Origin: Nitrospinales bacterium
GTDB taxonomy: Bacteria; Nitrospinota; Nitrospinia; Nitrospinales; VA-1
NCBI GenBank assembly: GCA_965205835.1
Contig: OZ242182.1
Location: forward strand, 1,852,226 to 1,916,225
Reading direction: 5' to 3'
Length of the DNA: 64,000 bases
In this document: in pieces, positions 1 through 9,516 of the stretch
How positions within the stretch are numbered: the stretch's first letter is position 1
Layout: the number at the start of each line of letters is the position of its first letter
The notes under the pieces: generated by a model
What the model was told of the DNA's origin: nothing
Database searches by the model: none
What the model saw: only the letters and a program-made list of their open reading frames with translations
Made by a program: the position numbers and the translations under genes

Positions 1-108
1 CCACCCCTGTTGCAACTATTGGTCGGCATATTCGCCACTATCGGAGTCATCCGACTGTTCATGTTCGTGGTGGATATTATCGAAGACCGAAAAGAAGGGG
101 AAAGTTAG
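1..108 (+). CDS. 3' end of a membrane-protein gene (partial; start lies outside the window)
   Basis: The frame is open from the window edge to TAG at 106-108. The tail is hydrophobic (LLQLLVGIFATIGVIRLFMFVV). No family recognised. Confidence 0.3.
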   Translation, partial: PPLLQLLVGIFATIGVIRLFMFVVDIIEDRKEGES

Positions 109-123
109 GAGCCGAGCACCCTG

Positions 124-876
124 TCACAGTTCAAACCGCATGAGATCATGAGCGAGAACCAGTTCACCCGCATAGAGAGCGGATACGGTTTCGCGCATGA
201 CATCGAAATCGCAGGGCGGATAAAAATGAGTGAGGCAAAGCGTCTTGCAGTCGGCTTCTTTCGCCAGCTTTCCTGCCAGCGAGGGAACCAGATGTCCCAC
301 CACTTTATCTTCGTCGGGAAAGGCGCATTCCAAAATCATGAGATCCGCCCTCCTGGCCAGATCTATCATACTCTGGCAATAATCGGTATCTCCCGATAAT
401 GCCACCGACTTTCCCGCCAAGCTCTCAAACCGGTAGCCCCGGCTCATCTCGATATGCTGAACTTTTTTGAAGGTAACCTGATGACAGCCAAATTTTTTCG
501 ACCCCTCATCAATTTCCGTGATGCGGAGTTGGTATTCAGTGGGGGCAAGCCAATGTTTGAACGCTGACATGAGCTTGTCGAGGAACTCTTGGAACCCGGG
601 GCCCGCAACAATCTCCAAATCTTTTTTTCTTGATGAGGGACGGTAACGAGCTCCAAATAAGAAAGGGATCAAATCACACATATGGTCCGGGTGGTTATGG
701 GTGAAAAAAATCCGGTCGATATCGTGGTAGGTGATTCCCAGATTCAATAGTTGTTTCAGGGTTCCATAGCCAAAATCAATCAGGGTATTGATACCCTCTT
801 CCTGAATAAGTACTCCAGACGAATTGCGCTCCAGCGATGGCACCGCAGTACCGGAGCCTAGTATTGTGACGTTCAT
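124..876 (-). CDS. MBL-fold metallo-hydrolase (RNase Z-like)
   Basis: 250-aa ORF with the HxHxDH motif (THNHPDH) and an N-terminal ILGSGTAVP pattern typical of the metallo-beta-lactamase fold. Confidence 0.8.
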   Translation of the reverse strand: MNVTILGSGTAVPSLERNSSGVLIQEEGINTLIDFGYGTLKQLLNLGITYHDIDRIFFTHNHPDHMCDLIPFLFGARYRPSSRKKDLEIVAGPGFQEFLDKLMSAFKHWLAPTEYQLRITEIDEGSKKFGCHQVTFKKVQHIEMSRGYRFESLAGKSVALSGDTDYCQSMIDLARRADLMILECAFPDEDKVVGHLVPSLAGKLAKEADCKTLCLTHFYPPCDFDVMRETVSALYAGELVLAHDLMRFEL

Positions 877-1025
877 ACATTCCCCTCATCTGCCAGCCCC
901 TTAGCAGTGGAGGCAACTGGCAATGGTTCTTTCAGCCGAGACAACTCTTTGCTCGCCAGCAAAAGCGATTGCTCACTTTGCCCCTGTCGGGCAGGAAAGC
1001 TGGGAAAAGATACCACCGCCCACGC

Positions 1026-2216
1026 CTAGTGGGAGCGGGCTTTTCGGAAGATGCCAAACGAACTGGTATAACCGTGTAAAAAGGTAGTGTTTCCCACCGG
1101 GCCAATCTCCCCATTGCAGAAAAACCCTCCCAAGGGAATCTCCCCCAGTTTGCCACGGAACATATCCGTATCGTGATTGGTTTTGCCATAAAGATATTGA
1201 CCGCGCCCCAAACAGGAAAATAACAGGGCTCCTTTGGCGTTTTCGGCGTTCCCCTGATTCAGATAGCGGGTCAACATCGCATCGAGGTCTTCTGCCGACA
1301 TCTTTCTATCGCGTAGGTGAAACTGCACCAATTGTCCGTTTCTTAACAGAGTGCCGATAGCCACAGCTCCGCTCTCCCTGTCAACCCCCATCAAATTGCG
1401 AATGAGGAAATCTCCCTGTGTGGGATTTTCTTTCATCGGGTCCATTTCTATTCCCAGAAACAAAGAGGTCTGAATCAGTTTTTTGTCAGCGTCTGACAAA
1501 GTTTCTTGCAGTTCCTGTAGCACTTCCAACGGCGGCTTTCCCTCCAGTTCTTTTAGCAGATTGCGCTCACACTGGGTGATTTGCAGGGGTTCACCAATGG
1601 GGCGGCACCCCTGAGCAACAATGGTATCGACTTGGATATCACCGCTTAGCGCAATGCCGATCAACCCACTATCACAAATTTTTTCCCCGAGATACAGGGC
1701 ATTTCCCCCTTGAGCCTGGGTGCCGCTGGCGAGGCCGCCGATTTTTTTACTATTAGGGTAGGCAAAATCCACCCCCGCCAGAAACTCTTCACCGCGGAAT
1801 GAAAAGGGGTCTGCCAGAAAAACAAAATGAGGATCGTCCTCGACATTCACCTTCAACCATTCGCGCCAGACGGAAGGCGAGGTATCCTGATCCGGTAAAT
1901 CGGTAGTCTCGAACTGGATAGGCTGAATTTTCACGCCAGGCAGTTCGGCACACGTAATACTGATGGCCGCCTGTTGCTCTACTTCTTCGCCATTGCCGAT
2001 GATTCCTCCTCCTGAGCAACCAAAGAGCAGACCAGGTTTGAAATAACGACTGATCAAATCAGGAACCTTGTTATAGAATTCCTTGAACTGGGGAGAAACA
2101 AACACAACGGTCAAATCGGCATAGTCTTTGCCAAGTTGCTGGATGGCAGATTCGACCGCTTCTTGCACAGCGCTGTCGATATCGGTTTGCCGGGAAAGGG
2201 TGGAAACCCACTTCAT
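1026..2216 (-). CDS. FIST-domain signal-transduction protein
   Basis: 396-aa ORF whose length and sequence pattern (FVSPQF..., GCSGGGIIG, GFFCNGEIGP) match the FIST_N plus FIST_C architecture from memory. Confidence 0.7.
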   Translation of the reverse strand: MKWVSTLSRQTDIDSAVQEAVESAIQQLGKDYADLTVVFVSPQFKEFYNKVPDLISRYFKPGLLFGCSGGGIIGNGEEVEQQAAISITCAELPGVKIQPIQFETTDLPDQDTSPSVWREWLKVNVEDDPHFVFLADPFSFRGEEFLAGVDFAYPNSKKIGGLASGTQAQGGNALYLGEKICDSGLIGIALSGDIQVDTIVAQGCRPIGEPLQITQCERNLLKELEGKPPLEVLQELQETLSDADKKLIQTSLFLGIEMDPMKENPTQGDFLIRNLMGVDRESGAVAIGTLLRNGQLVQFHLRDRKMSAEDLDAMLTRYLNQGNAENAKGALLFSCLGRGQYLYGKTNHDTDMFRGKLGEIPLGGFFCNGEIGPVGNTTFLHGYTSSFGIFRKARSH

Positions 2217-2247
2217 GAGGAACTCCTTTTTTTAGTAGTTATGGACG

Positions 2248-3678
2248 TTAGACGCTAATTTCGACCTTGGGTTTCTCAACCAGAAACTGGATCGCTGACT
2301 CAGCCGACTGGGTTCCGTGCTGGACGCAATCGGGTATGCCAATGCCGCGGTAGGTGCTTCCTGCCAGAAAAAGTCCTTCTTGCAGCTCTTGCATGATGGC
2401 ATCAATACGCTCGGAATGGTTCACGTGATATTGTACGTTGGATTTCCGGTTGTGAAAAACTTTGCAGAAAACCGGCTCTTCCCGGATTCCCATTATTTCT
2501 CTAAGGTCCTGCTTGACCAAGGTAGCCATGGTCAGCTCGTCTTTTTCGGCGATATCTTCCTGCAGGGCTCCCCCCAGATAACAGCGAAGCATGGCATAGC
2601 CTTCGGGAGTCCGGTGGGGAAACTTCGACGAAGTCCAGGTGCAGGCAAGAATACTGCGACCTTCACATTTGGGCACAACAAAACCAAATCCATCCATGGC
2701 GTGAGAAAACCCTTCCTTTTTGTATGCGACGGTCACGGTGGCAGTGGAAACATATTTAATCTGCTTTAAGAGTTCAGCGGCTTTGGGGGTGACCGATTGC
2801 AGGAACCGGGCAGTGATATGACCAGGGGTAGCCAATATGAGTGCTTCGGCTTTGTGTTCGCCACCGCCTTCCAAACGTATGGACCAGTCACCTGCTTTCC
2901 CGGCAATGGATTCCACTCTTGCCCCAGACTGAAACTGAATATCAGGAGATCGTTCAATCACCGCGTCGACCATTTGCCCCAAACCGTTTTTCAAAGTCAT
3001 GAACAAACTGAAGTTACTTTCAGGACGTTTACCAGCATTCAGAAACATGGCTTTTTTTCTTGCCAGCATTCCCAGAATGAGAGATCGGTATTTGCGTTCG
3101 GTCTCGACAAACATGGGGAAGGTGCTACCAATGCTCATGGTTTCAGGATCACTGGCATAAATGCCGGCCAGCATGGGCTCGGCCATTTTTCTCAACGCTT
3201 CCTCCCCCATCCTCCTGCGGACAAATGAAGCCAGACTTTCATCACTCTTATCGGCTTTTTTCGGGATCAAAAGATCGAACGCCATGCGGATTTTTCCAGA
3301 CAAGCTGAACATAGGCGTCAGGGCAAACGGTAAAAACCTGGTAGGAATCATCAGACTCAACCCATCCGGCATGGTCATCAGTTTACCTCCGGTATACACG
3401 TAGGTGTTGGGGGTTTCTGGATTGGTTGAGACCAGCTGGTCTCCAATGCCCAGTTGTTGGCAAAGTTGAATGGCCGCGGGTTTTTGTGAAATAAATGAGT
3501 CTGGACCCCGTTCGATGATGAACCCCTCAGACCTTTTTGTGGCAATTTTTCCGCCAAAATGGTCTCCGCTTTCGAGCAAAGCGCACTCCAACCGGGCTCC
3601 TTCTGATATCTCCTTCTGGATACGGTAAGCCGCCGCTAATCCGGCGATTCCGCCTCCTATAATGATAACTTTTTTCAT
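2248..3678 (-). CDS. hemY: Protoporphyrinogen/coproporphyrinogen III oxidase (HemY type, FAD-dependent)
   Basis: 476 aa with an N-terminal dinucleotide-binding motif (IIGGGIAGLAAAY). Overall HemY-like pattern and length. Confidence 0.8.
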   Translation of the reverse strand: MKKVIIIGGGIAGLAAAYRIQKEISEGARLECALLESGDHFGGKIATKRSEGFIIERGPDSFISQKPAAIQLCQQLGIGDQLVSTNPETPNTYVYTGGKLMTMPDGLSLMIPTRFLPFALTPMFSLSGKIRMAFDLLIPKKADKSDESLASFVRRRMGEEALRKMAEPMLAGIYASDPETMSIGSTFPMFVETERKYRSLILGMLARKKAMFLNAGKRPESNFSLFMTLKNGLGQMVDAVIERSPDIQFQSGARVESIAGKAGDWSIRLEGGGEHKAEALILATPGHITARFLQSVTPKAAELLKQIKYVSTATVTVAYKKEGFSHAMDGFGFVVPKCEGRSILACTWTSSKFPHRTPEGYAMLRCYLGGALQEDIAEKDELTMATLVKQDLREIMGIREEPVFCKVFHNRKSNVQYHVNHSERIDAIMQELQEGLFLAGSTYRGIGIPDCVQHGTQSAESAIQFLVEKPKVEISV

Positions 3679-3837
3679 GGGCGCATTATGTCAGGTTTCC
3701 CCTGTTCCCGCAATATGACGCAGAACCACTATCCGGTGGATAAGATTATTGCTATTTGAGGAAAGAATTTGGTACACTTTTCATTTCCAATCAAGATGCT
3801 AGGAAATGAGTCCATTAATTTTGTCAGGAGTCCCACA

Positions 3838-4212
3838 ATGTCTAATTCTGCCGTGGCGTTGAAAGAAGCCGTCGAGTTTGAGAAAAAAGCCTTGGAAAAA
3901 TACAAGGAGGCCACCGCTATGGTGAAGCATCCTGAAACCAAAGAGTCCCTTGAAAAAGTAACTGCCGAAAAAGCGCAGACTATCGAGTCCATGCATTGGA
4001 TCATCATGGCGGAAGCGGGAGAAATTGAAACTGAAAAACCCGCACCTGCACCTGCCGCCGCAGGCGAAGAACCCAAGAGCGGGGGGAGCAAATGTCCTTT
4101 CTCTGGTGCTTTGGCAGAAATGGGCATTGACATTACTAAAATGTCTAAAGAAGAGGCCATGGAAAAAATGGGCGACATGTCAAAAATGTTCCCTGACAGC
4201 TCAAACTCATAA
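3838..4212 (+). CDS. Hypothetical small protein: helical N-terminal half, Ala/Pro linker, Met-rich C-terminus with a KCPF motif
   Basis: ATG at about 3838 is preceded by AGGAG. The ORF track gives a longer 3769..4212 frame. Divergent from hemY. No family recognised. Confidence 0.5.
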   Translation: MSNSAVALKEAVEFEKKALEKYKEATAMVKHPETKESLEKVTAEKAQTIESMHWIIMAEAGEIETEKPAPAPAAAGEEPKSGGSKCPFSGALAEMGIDITKMSKEEAMEKMGDMSKMFPDSSNS

Positions 4213-4219
4213 CCCTGCC

Positions 4220-4636
4220 ATGAATCTGAAGGCTCCTTTCGACCTGTTGATGGAGTGCGGAGGTTGTGGACTTGAGAACCTCATTTCCACATTCACTCTT
4301 GGTACACCTGCCATCTGCAACCAATGCCGGGAAAACTTGATGGCTTACGATTTGGTCGGCACCCATCAAGGCCATACCTGCGACTCTTGCCAAAGGGCTT
4401 TGGTGCTCAAAAAAGAGACCGCGTTTGTAAACGGAGAATCGGAATGCGAATGCGGGTGCCAGGATTTCACGGAATTGAGCATGAGAGATTTCGCGGATAG
4501 GGCAACCCAAGCCGAAAAAACGGGTTCCGACAATGCTGATGACAACCCTGATTTCGACTGGTGCCGCCCCGCACCAGATCATGCAATCAAAGAGGATTAT
4601 AACGAAATATTTGATGATGACCCCGGGTTCCGGTAA
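4220..4636 (+). CDS. Cys-rich (zinc-ribbon-like) hypothetical protein
   Basis: Internal ATG (MNLKAPF...) lies 8 nt after the previous stop. Four CxxC-type pairs are present (CGGC, CNQC, CDSC, CECGC). The 5' part of track ORF 4025..4636 overlaps the previous gene and is probably not translated. Confidence 0.5.
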   Translation: MNLKAPFDLLMECGGCGLENLISTFTLGTPAICNQCRENLMAYDLVGTHQGHTCDSCQRALVLKKETAFVNGESECECGCQDFTELSMRDFADRATQAEKTGSDNADDNPDFDWCRPAPDHAIKEDYNEIFDDDPGFR

Positions 4637-4646
4637 CCTTTTGTTT

Positions 4647-5550
4647 CTAAACCCACACTAGCTGTAAGAAATTATTAGATTTCCCTTCCCCAGAAAACCT
4701 CATTAGCCATGCCGTTGGTTTAATAAATTTCAGAGGAGTAATATTCATGCTACGCAAGCCATCCACAAAATCCGACGCAGGGTATCCCTTCCCAGTGTTT
4801 TCGGGTGCACCCGCTTTCTGACTTGGCACGAAAGCATATCCAAGGCGGCTTCCTGTTCCGCATAACCCGTGGCTTTGTTGACTTTGAGACCAACGCATGC
4901 CCTGAAAACAATAGCCAGGCTTCTTTCCCAAACCCTCTAAGCATGAGCCGTGCGTCGGGGTCGGTTCTACTTCAGCACGTTTTGTTTGAACGTTTCTCCC
5001 CACGAAAATCCACGTTGGGGTCACTTCCACCATCTTGTGGCGGTTTACCCGGTTCTTGTAAGGGTTCTATCGGATGAAAACTTTTCATCGAAGCCTAGGC
5101 ATCGATCAACGTGCCATCCACGGTGAAATGATCATCTGACAATAAATCCTGCTTACCCGCCTGACGCGCCACCGCATCGAAAAACTTCAATGAAACAGCA
5201 TGGGCCAATGACGCTCCCGGTTCTTGGTGAAACTCGTGGCATCGAATGACGGTTCCTCAAGGCTCATATCAAGAAACCAGCGGAACAGAATGTTGTAATC
5301 CAATTGCTCGCGGAACATCCGGACCGAGCGCACCGTAAACAAAGCCATCAAGAGTTGCGCTTTCAACAACCGTTTCCGAGAAACAGAAGGTCCTCCTGTG
5401 TTGCTGTACATCACCTGGAACGTTGGGTTCATCTCTTTCAAGACCGCGTCGGCACGCTTTGATCATGCAGAGAGGATGGCCCTCGGACGTCCTTTGTTCC
5501 GGCGATAAATACGTAAACATAAAACCTTGACTCTCTTCTTGACCGCGCAT
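4647..5550 (-). mobile_element. Degraded IS5/IS1182-type transposase gene (DUF772-type N-terminus), with several frameshifts and in-frame stops, 3'-truncated
   Basis: Pieces lie in three frames: MRGQEESQGFMFTYLSPEQR..HPL; LLKAQLLMALFTVRSVRMFREQLDYNILFRWFLDMSLEEPSFDATSFTKNRER; LLSDDHFTVDGTLIDA; DFRGEKRSN..DPDARL; GKGYPASDFVDGLRSMNITP. Track ORFs 5269..5550, 5187..5441 and 4647..5033 overlap or abut in different frames. Confidence 0.7.
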
Positions 5551-5970
5551 GGCTCCTCTCCAATAAAATAGTGCTCACGCCTGTTTTACAATCTAACCCC
5601 CTTGCTTAGGAGTTTTTCAACAACCTGCTAGCCCTCTCTATTTCTAACCCTTTATCCCAAATTTCAGAGACCAACCATCCTTCAACTCTAAATACAGGCA
5701 CTTCTCCCTTAGAGTTAGGCAAAAAAGCAGCGTGCAAAACTTTCCCTGCCTTAAAGTGCCTTCTTGAAAAGGTGTATCTGGAAAGAGGGCTCGGCGGGAT
5801 CAATCGGGACCAAGATCATTCGTCATCTTCTCCGCAAACCTTTCGGATGTGGCTTATGACGTAACGAGGTATGCCTTTGGAAAGTTCTTCCCTACAGCTC
5901 CCGGTACTATTTTGGTCAAAATACCATGAAAGAAAAATAAGGCCTTCTCCGCTTAAACCAGCAACATATG

Positions 5971-6294
5971 TCATGTTTTTTCTCCAGACCATTCAAAGGT
6001 AATGCCACCATCAGGTTGAGGGACAATATGCGGAGAAGGGAAAAGGACAGGAAGATCGTCTAAAAATGTTTTCGCCTCAGAGTAAGAATCAATCGAAACC
6101 AGGGCAGCATCATAGCCATCCCAATTCGCTTGGGAACATTCACTGAAGGTTTTCTCAAGTTCACGTTCTAAATTTTCCCGCTCCCTTTCTTCGAGCTCAT
6201 GATAATCTAAAGAGAGATAATCCTCTTCCATTGCTCCAATTTCTGCCAAGCTTGGAAATTCTCTGCTTGGGACTAGTTGTAATGCAAGCGTCAC
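5971..6294 (-). CDS. Hypothetical acidic protein (NWDGY...PDGGITFEW motif); possibly the 5' part of a frameshifted longer gene
   Basis: 107-aa ORF, with a likely true start at the internal MEEDY (about 6231). A further 52-codon ORF (about 5815-5973) starts in an ATGA overlap right after an A6 run. Confidence 0.4.
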   Translation of the reverse strand: MTLALQLVPSREFPSLAEIGAMEEDYLSLDYHELEERERENLERELEKTFSECSQANWDGYDAALVSIDSYSEAKTFLDDLPVLFPSPHIVPQPDGGITFEWSGEKT

Positions 6295-6310
6295 ATTTCC
6301 TCCTTATTCA

Positions 6311-7123
6311 CTATTCATCCAAAGACACTTTAAGCTGATCGCTAATAGCCCAACTAAATAAATTATAAGTCTTCTTATTTACTTTTCGCCATTCAGAGAT
6401 AACATTTTCAACTTCAACATTAAATTGGTTTTCTGAAATAAGGTCAATATCAAGAATCACCTGCGGCTTGTCCATTTTTTTTACTGTGGGAGGCTCCGGT
6501 AATAATCCATAGCTAAAATTTAACCTATAACCATCTGCTTTTAAAGTAGCCTGAATAACTCCAGATTTCATAATGGCTGGATTGGGAAATGCCGTAAAGT
6601 TGCTAATCAGCTCTTTGTTGAAAGCAAAGTCGAGAAGTCGTGTTACACCAAAGTCAGTGGGAACAGAGGGTTCCAATATATTTATTTATATTTATTTTTC
6701 GGGCAGAAATCCAGCTTACATCGTCAATCCCACAAACCTCCAAAGCTGGTAAAAGAAGTTTCTCGATTTCACCTAGTGCATCCTCAAAACTCGTATATAC
6801 CCCACCAAATATGGTATAGGGAAATGCCCCTCCTGTGATTTTGAATATTTTTTTTCCATCTTCCGTCTTAAATTCAAAACCTTCACTTTCCCGCTGGCAG
6901 ACTCAAGTATGGGTGTCTTTGATGGTTCAAATCTTATTTTGGCTCCCACTCGTGTAACATCATTTTTTATTGGAAAATGAGGGCGCAAAAGAATCTCAAG
7001 ACGTTCGTGATTTTCCCTTATTGTTTTTGTTTCGGAGTATTTGAATTGAAATCTTACAGTACGCAGTAAATTTTTCTTGTGTTTAAACCCATCTTCCCTA
7101 GGTTGATCTGGGAAACCAAACAT
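6311..7123 (-). pseudogene. TIGR04255-like protein gene interrupted by two frameshifts
   Basis: Track ORFs 6773..7123 (N-terminal part, LRTVRFQFKY...) and 6311..6676 (C-terminal part) are bridged by a third-frame stretch. That stretch reads ...GFEFKTEDGKKIFKITGGAFPYTIFGG...DDVSWISARKININ (RYiN-like motif). The first shift sits at an A8 run near 6850. Confidence 0.45.
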
Positions 7124-7341
7124 TTTTCATAAACCTTTAAGAAGGCCTAAATTTATTGGGGTGGGGTAATAGCACTTTTGGCACTCGCCACGACAAATTA
7201 CTTACAAACAGGATAACAAGAACGACTCCTCCCTGCAAAAGCGGAACACCTCTCTGCTGGTAACCTGCAATGTCTTTATTTCACGGACAAACGTTTTCTC
7301 AGCCCAACAAGCCTGCCCATTAGCCTCACGCCAAGTGGGGA

Positions 7342-8823
7342 TTAAAACCTCAGGGCTTCCAGGTTGTTGAGTTTTGGAAAATCCGCCAAGAGGATAATAT
7401 CCGATTCCTTAAGTTTATTGCGGCGAAGATCCAGCTTTTTTAGCCGGGGTAACTTGCCAGAGTTTGCCCAAGAATCCAAGCCTTCCCGGGTGATGGTGTT
7501 GCCCATGGCTTCCAGCTCCTCAAGTTGGCTTAAAGTATCGGACTGAACCAGTGCCTGAAATCCAGAATCGCCCATAGGAATCCCCGAGGCTCTTAGTTTG
7601 ATGAGGCTTTTGAAGTTCACGGAATCCGCTAAAATACGCAGACCTTTTTCTCCCAGATTGTTGCCACTCACATTAAGCTCTTTCAATCGACCGAGATGTG
7701 GAGACCGCGAGAGGGCGAGGATTCCTAACGATGTGATCCCCGTATTTTCCAGATTCAAAACCTCCAATCGCGAAAGATTGGGAGATTCCGCCAGCAAGAG
7801 AAGACCTTTGTCCCCCACTGCATTGCTCATCAAGTTGAAGGATGTCAGGTTTTTGAGAAACTGGGAATTGGCAAGGTCCTGAACCCCATGGTAATCAAAA
7901 TGGTTGTTCCTCAGTGAAAGAGAAACAATCCCGCCCAGTTTTTCGTATTGCGCCAATGAAGCAATATCTTTGTTGTCCAATCTCTGCTCATTAAAGTTGA
8001 GTATATTTTCGACTCTTTTCTTCTCAACCAGAATCCGCGACCGCATGACCCTAAGAGCGGTCTCTCCAGCCCGACCATAATTATTATCCTGCATATAAAG
8101 CTGAACAAGATTATTCAAGTGCTTGGACCCGGCAATGCCCAAAGCTCCAGAGTCACCAATATGATTGGAATCGAGCACCAGAATTTCCAGACGGGTTAAC
8201 GTGGGAGAATGCGCAAGAGTGCGGGCACCCTGATTGGTGATTTGATTCCAGCCTAGGTTCAGTTGTACCAGTTTTTCAAAAGCACCAGCCTGCGCCCAGT
8301 CGGAAAGACTTTCATCGCCAACAAGATTGCGACGAAGGTTGAGAACACGAAGCTTGGAAACCACCGCACCGTCTGGAAATCGGGTCAATTTTCGCTGTCC
8401 CACCTTATTCATTTCCAAATCAATGAATCCAAGGTTCAACAGTGACTGCGACTTCACAAGGCTGAGAGCACCAAAATCAAAAATCTTATTGTTGGCCAAC
8501 TCTAGTGTTTCAAGGTTGGGAAGATTTTTTGAAAGCGCGAGACTCCGGGCTCCCTCCTCGCCAATCTGGTTGGCGTTGAGAACAAGATGCTTGAGCTCGG
8601 CCAGCGAATCCATGTCGGCAAGAACAGTCAGTCCTTCATCGGTGATTTCATTCCAGCTCAAATCCAGTTTTTGAACATGAGATAAATCTTTATTCCGGGA
8701 CAAAAAAACGATCCCCGCATCTCCCATTCGGTCATAGGAGAGATCCAGAACCGGGTCCTTGCGGGTCAATCTATCATTAAGAGTCTGGATAAAGTTCAGG
8801 TCTTTTATTTCATGCCGCATCAA
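7342..8823 (-). CDS. Leucine-rich-repeat protein, ribonuclease-inhibitor (RNI)-like 28-29-aa repeats (downstream part)
   Basis: 493 aa made of about 16 repeats of the pattern LxxLxLxxNxIGDxGAxxLAxSxxLxx. It is contiguous and in frame with ORF 8824..9516. Confidence 0.8.
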   Translation of the reverse strand: MMRHEIKDLNFIQTLNDRLTRKDPVLDLSYDRMGDAGIVFLSRNKDLSHVQKLDLSWNEITDEGLTVLADMDSLAELKHLVLNANQIGEEGARSLALSKNLPNLETLELANNKIFDFGALSLVKSQSLLNLGFIDLEMNKVGQRKLTRFPDGAVVSKLRVLNLRRNLVGDESLSDWAQAGAFEKLVQLNLGWNQITNQGARTLAHSPTLTRLEILVLDSNHIGDSGALGIAGSKHLNNLVQLYMQDNNYGRAGETALRVMRSRILVEKKRVENILNFNEQRLDNKDIASLAQYEKLGGIVSLSLRNNHFDYHGVQDLANSQFLKNLTSFNLMSNAVGDKGLLLLAESPNLSRLEVLNLENTGITSLGILALSRSPHLGRLKELNVSGNNLGEKGLRILADSVNFKSLIKLRASGIPMGDSGFQALVQSDTLSQLEELEAMGNTITREGLDSWANSGKLPRLKKLDLRRNKLKESDIILLADFPKLNNLEALRF

Positions 8824-9516
8824 TCAACCACCAATACGGGGGTAGTCCGTTTTCACTGCATTCATTTCCCGTAACCGTTTGGACTCATTCAAAAGTTCCA
8901 GTCCCTCGGGGTTGATCAGGTTATAAGACAGGTTTAAAGTCTGAAGGTTTTGCAATCCAGAGAGTTCAGCCAAAGCCTGCATTCCCCTGAGACCAATTCG
9001 GTTGGCATCAAGATGCAATTCCTTTAAATTTTTAAGATGGGTCGAGTTTGCCAGGGCTTCCGCTCCAACGTCTCCAATCCGATTAAACGAAAGATCAAGC
9101 TTTTCAAGTTTGGAAAGACTTTTAGAATTTGCCAAAGCCACGGCTCCTTCATCCTCGACTTTATTGGTATATAAACTAAGGTATCGCAACCGGGTCAATA
9201 CTTCAGACTCGGCCAAAGCCCTGGCTCCATCATCGCCGATCAGGTTTTCATACATCCATATCTCTTTAAGCGGCTCAAAAAATTCTGACCGGGCCAATTC
9301 CTCCACACCCAGGTCCTTGATTTTATTGGTATGAATATAAAGGATTTCAATATCAGGAAGTGCGACGTTTTCAGCCAGTTCCATGGCGGTCCCGTTATCG
9401 ATTCCTCTATTGGAAAAATCCAAGGTCTTCTTATCCTTACTCAAACCGCGCTTGACCCATTTTCTGATATAGGAAATATCTTCTGCCATGGCCAGGAACC
9501 AAATAAAAAGTTCCAT
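8824..9516 (-). CDS. Leucine-rich-repeat protein, RNI-like (upstream part, ends at an in-frame TGA)
   Basis: 230 aa with the same repeat type (NKIKDLGVEELARS, NLIGDDGARALAES, NKVEDEGAVALANS...). The stop at 8824-8826 is immediately followed, in the same frame, by the next LRR ORF. Confidence 0.8.
   Translation of the reverse strand: MELFIWFLAMAEDISYIRKWVKRGLSKDKKTLDFSNRGIDNGTAMELAENVALPDIEILYIHTNKIKDLGVEELARSEFFEPLKEIWMYENLIGDDGARALAESEVLTRLRYLSLYTNKVEDEGAVALANSKSLSKLEKLDLSFNRIGDVGAEALANSTHLKNLKELHLDANRIGLRGMQALAELSGLQNLQTLNLSYNLINPEGLELLNESKRLREMNAVKTDYPRIGG

Noticed and set aside
5269-5550. Overlapping transposase ORFs as a programmed -1 frameshift (as in the IS3 and IS1 families).
   Set aside because: This transposase type (DUF772 N-terminus, IS5/IS1182-like) is normally a single ORF. 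There are more than two frame changes plus in-frame stops, and the DDE C-terminus is missing, so this is decay rather than recoding.
8824-8826. In-frame TGA in the LRR gene as a selenocysteine codon.
   Set aside because: I could not see a convincing SECIS-like hairpin immediately downstream, and an LRR scaffold has no redox site where Sec would make sense. A nonsense mutation, an error or re-initiation is more likely, but this was not formally excluded.
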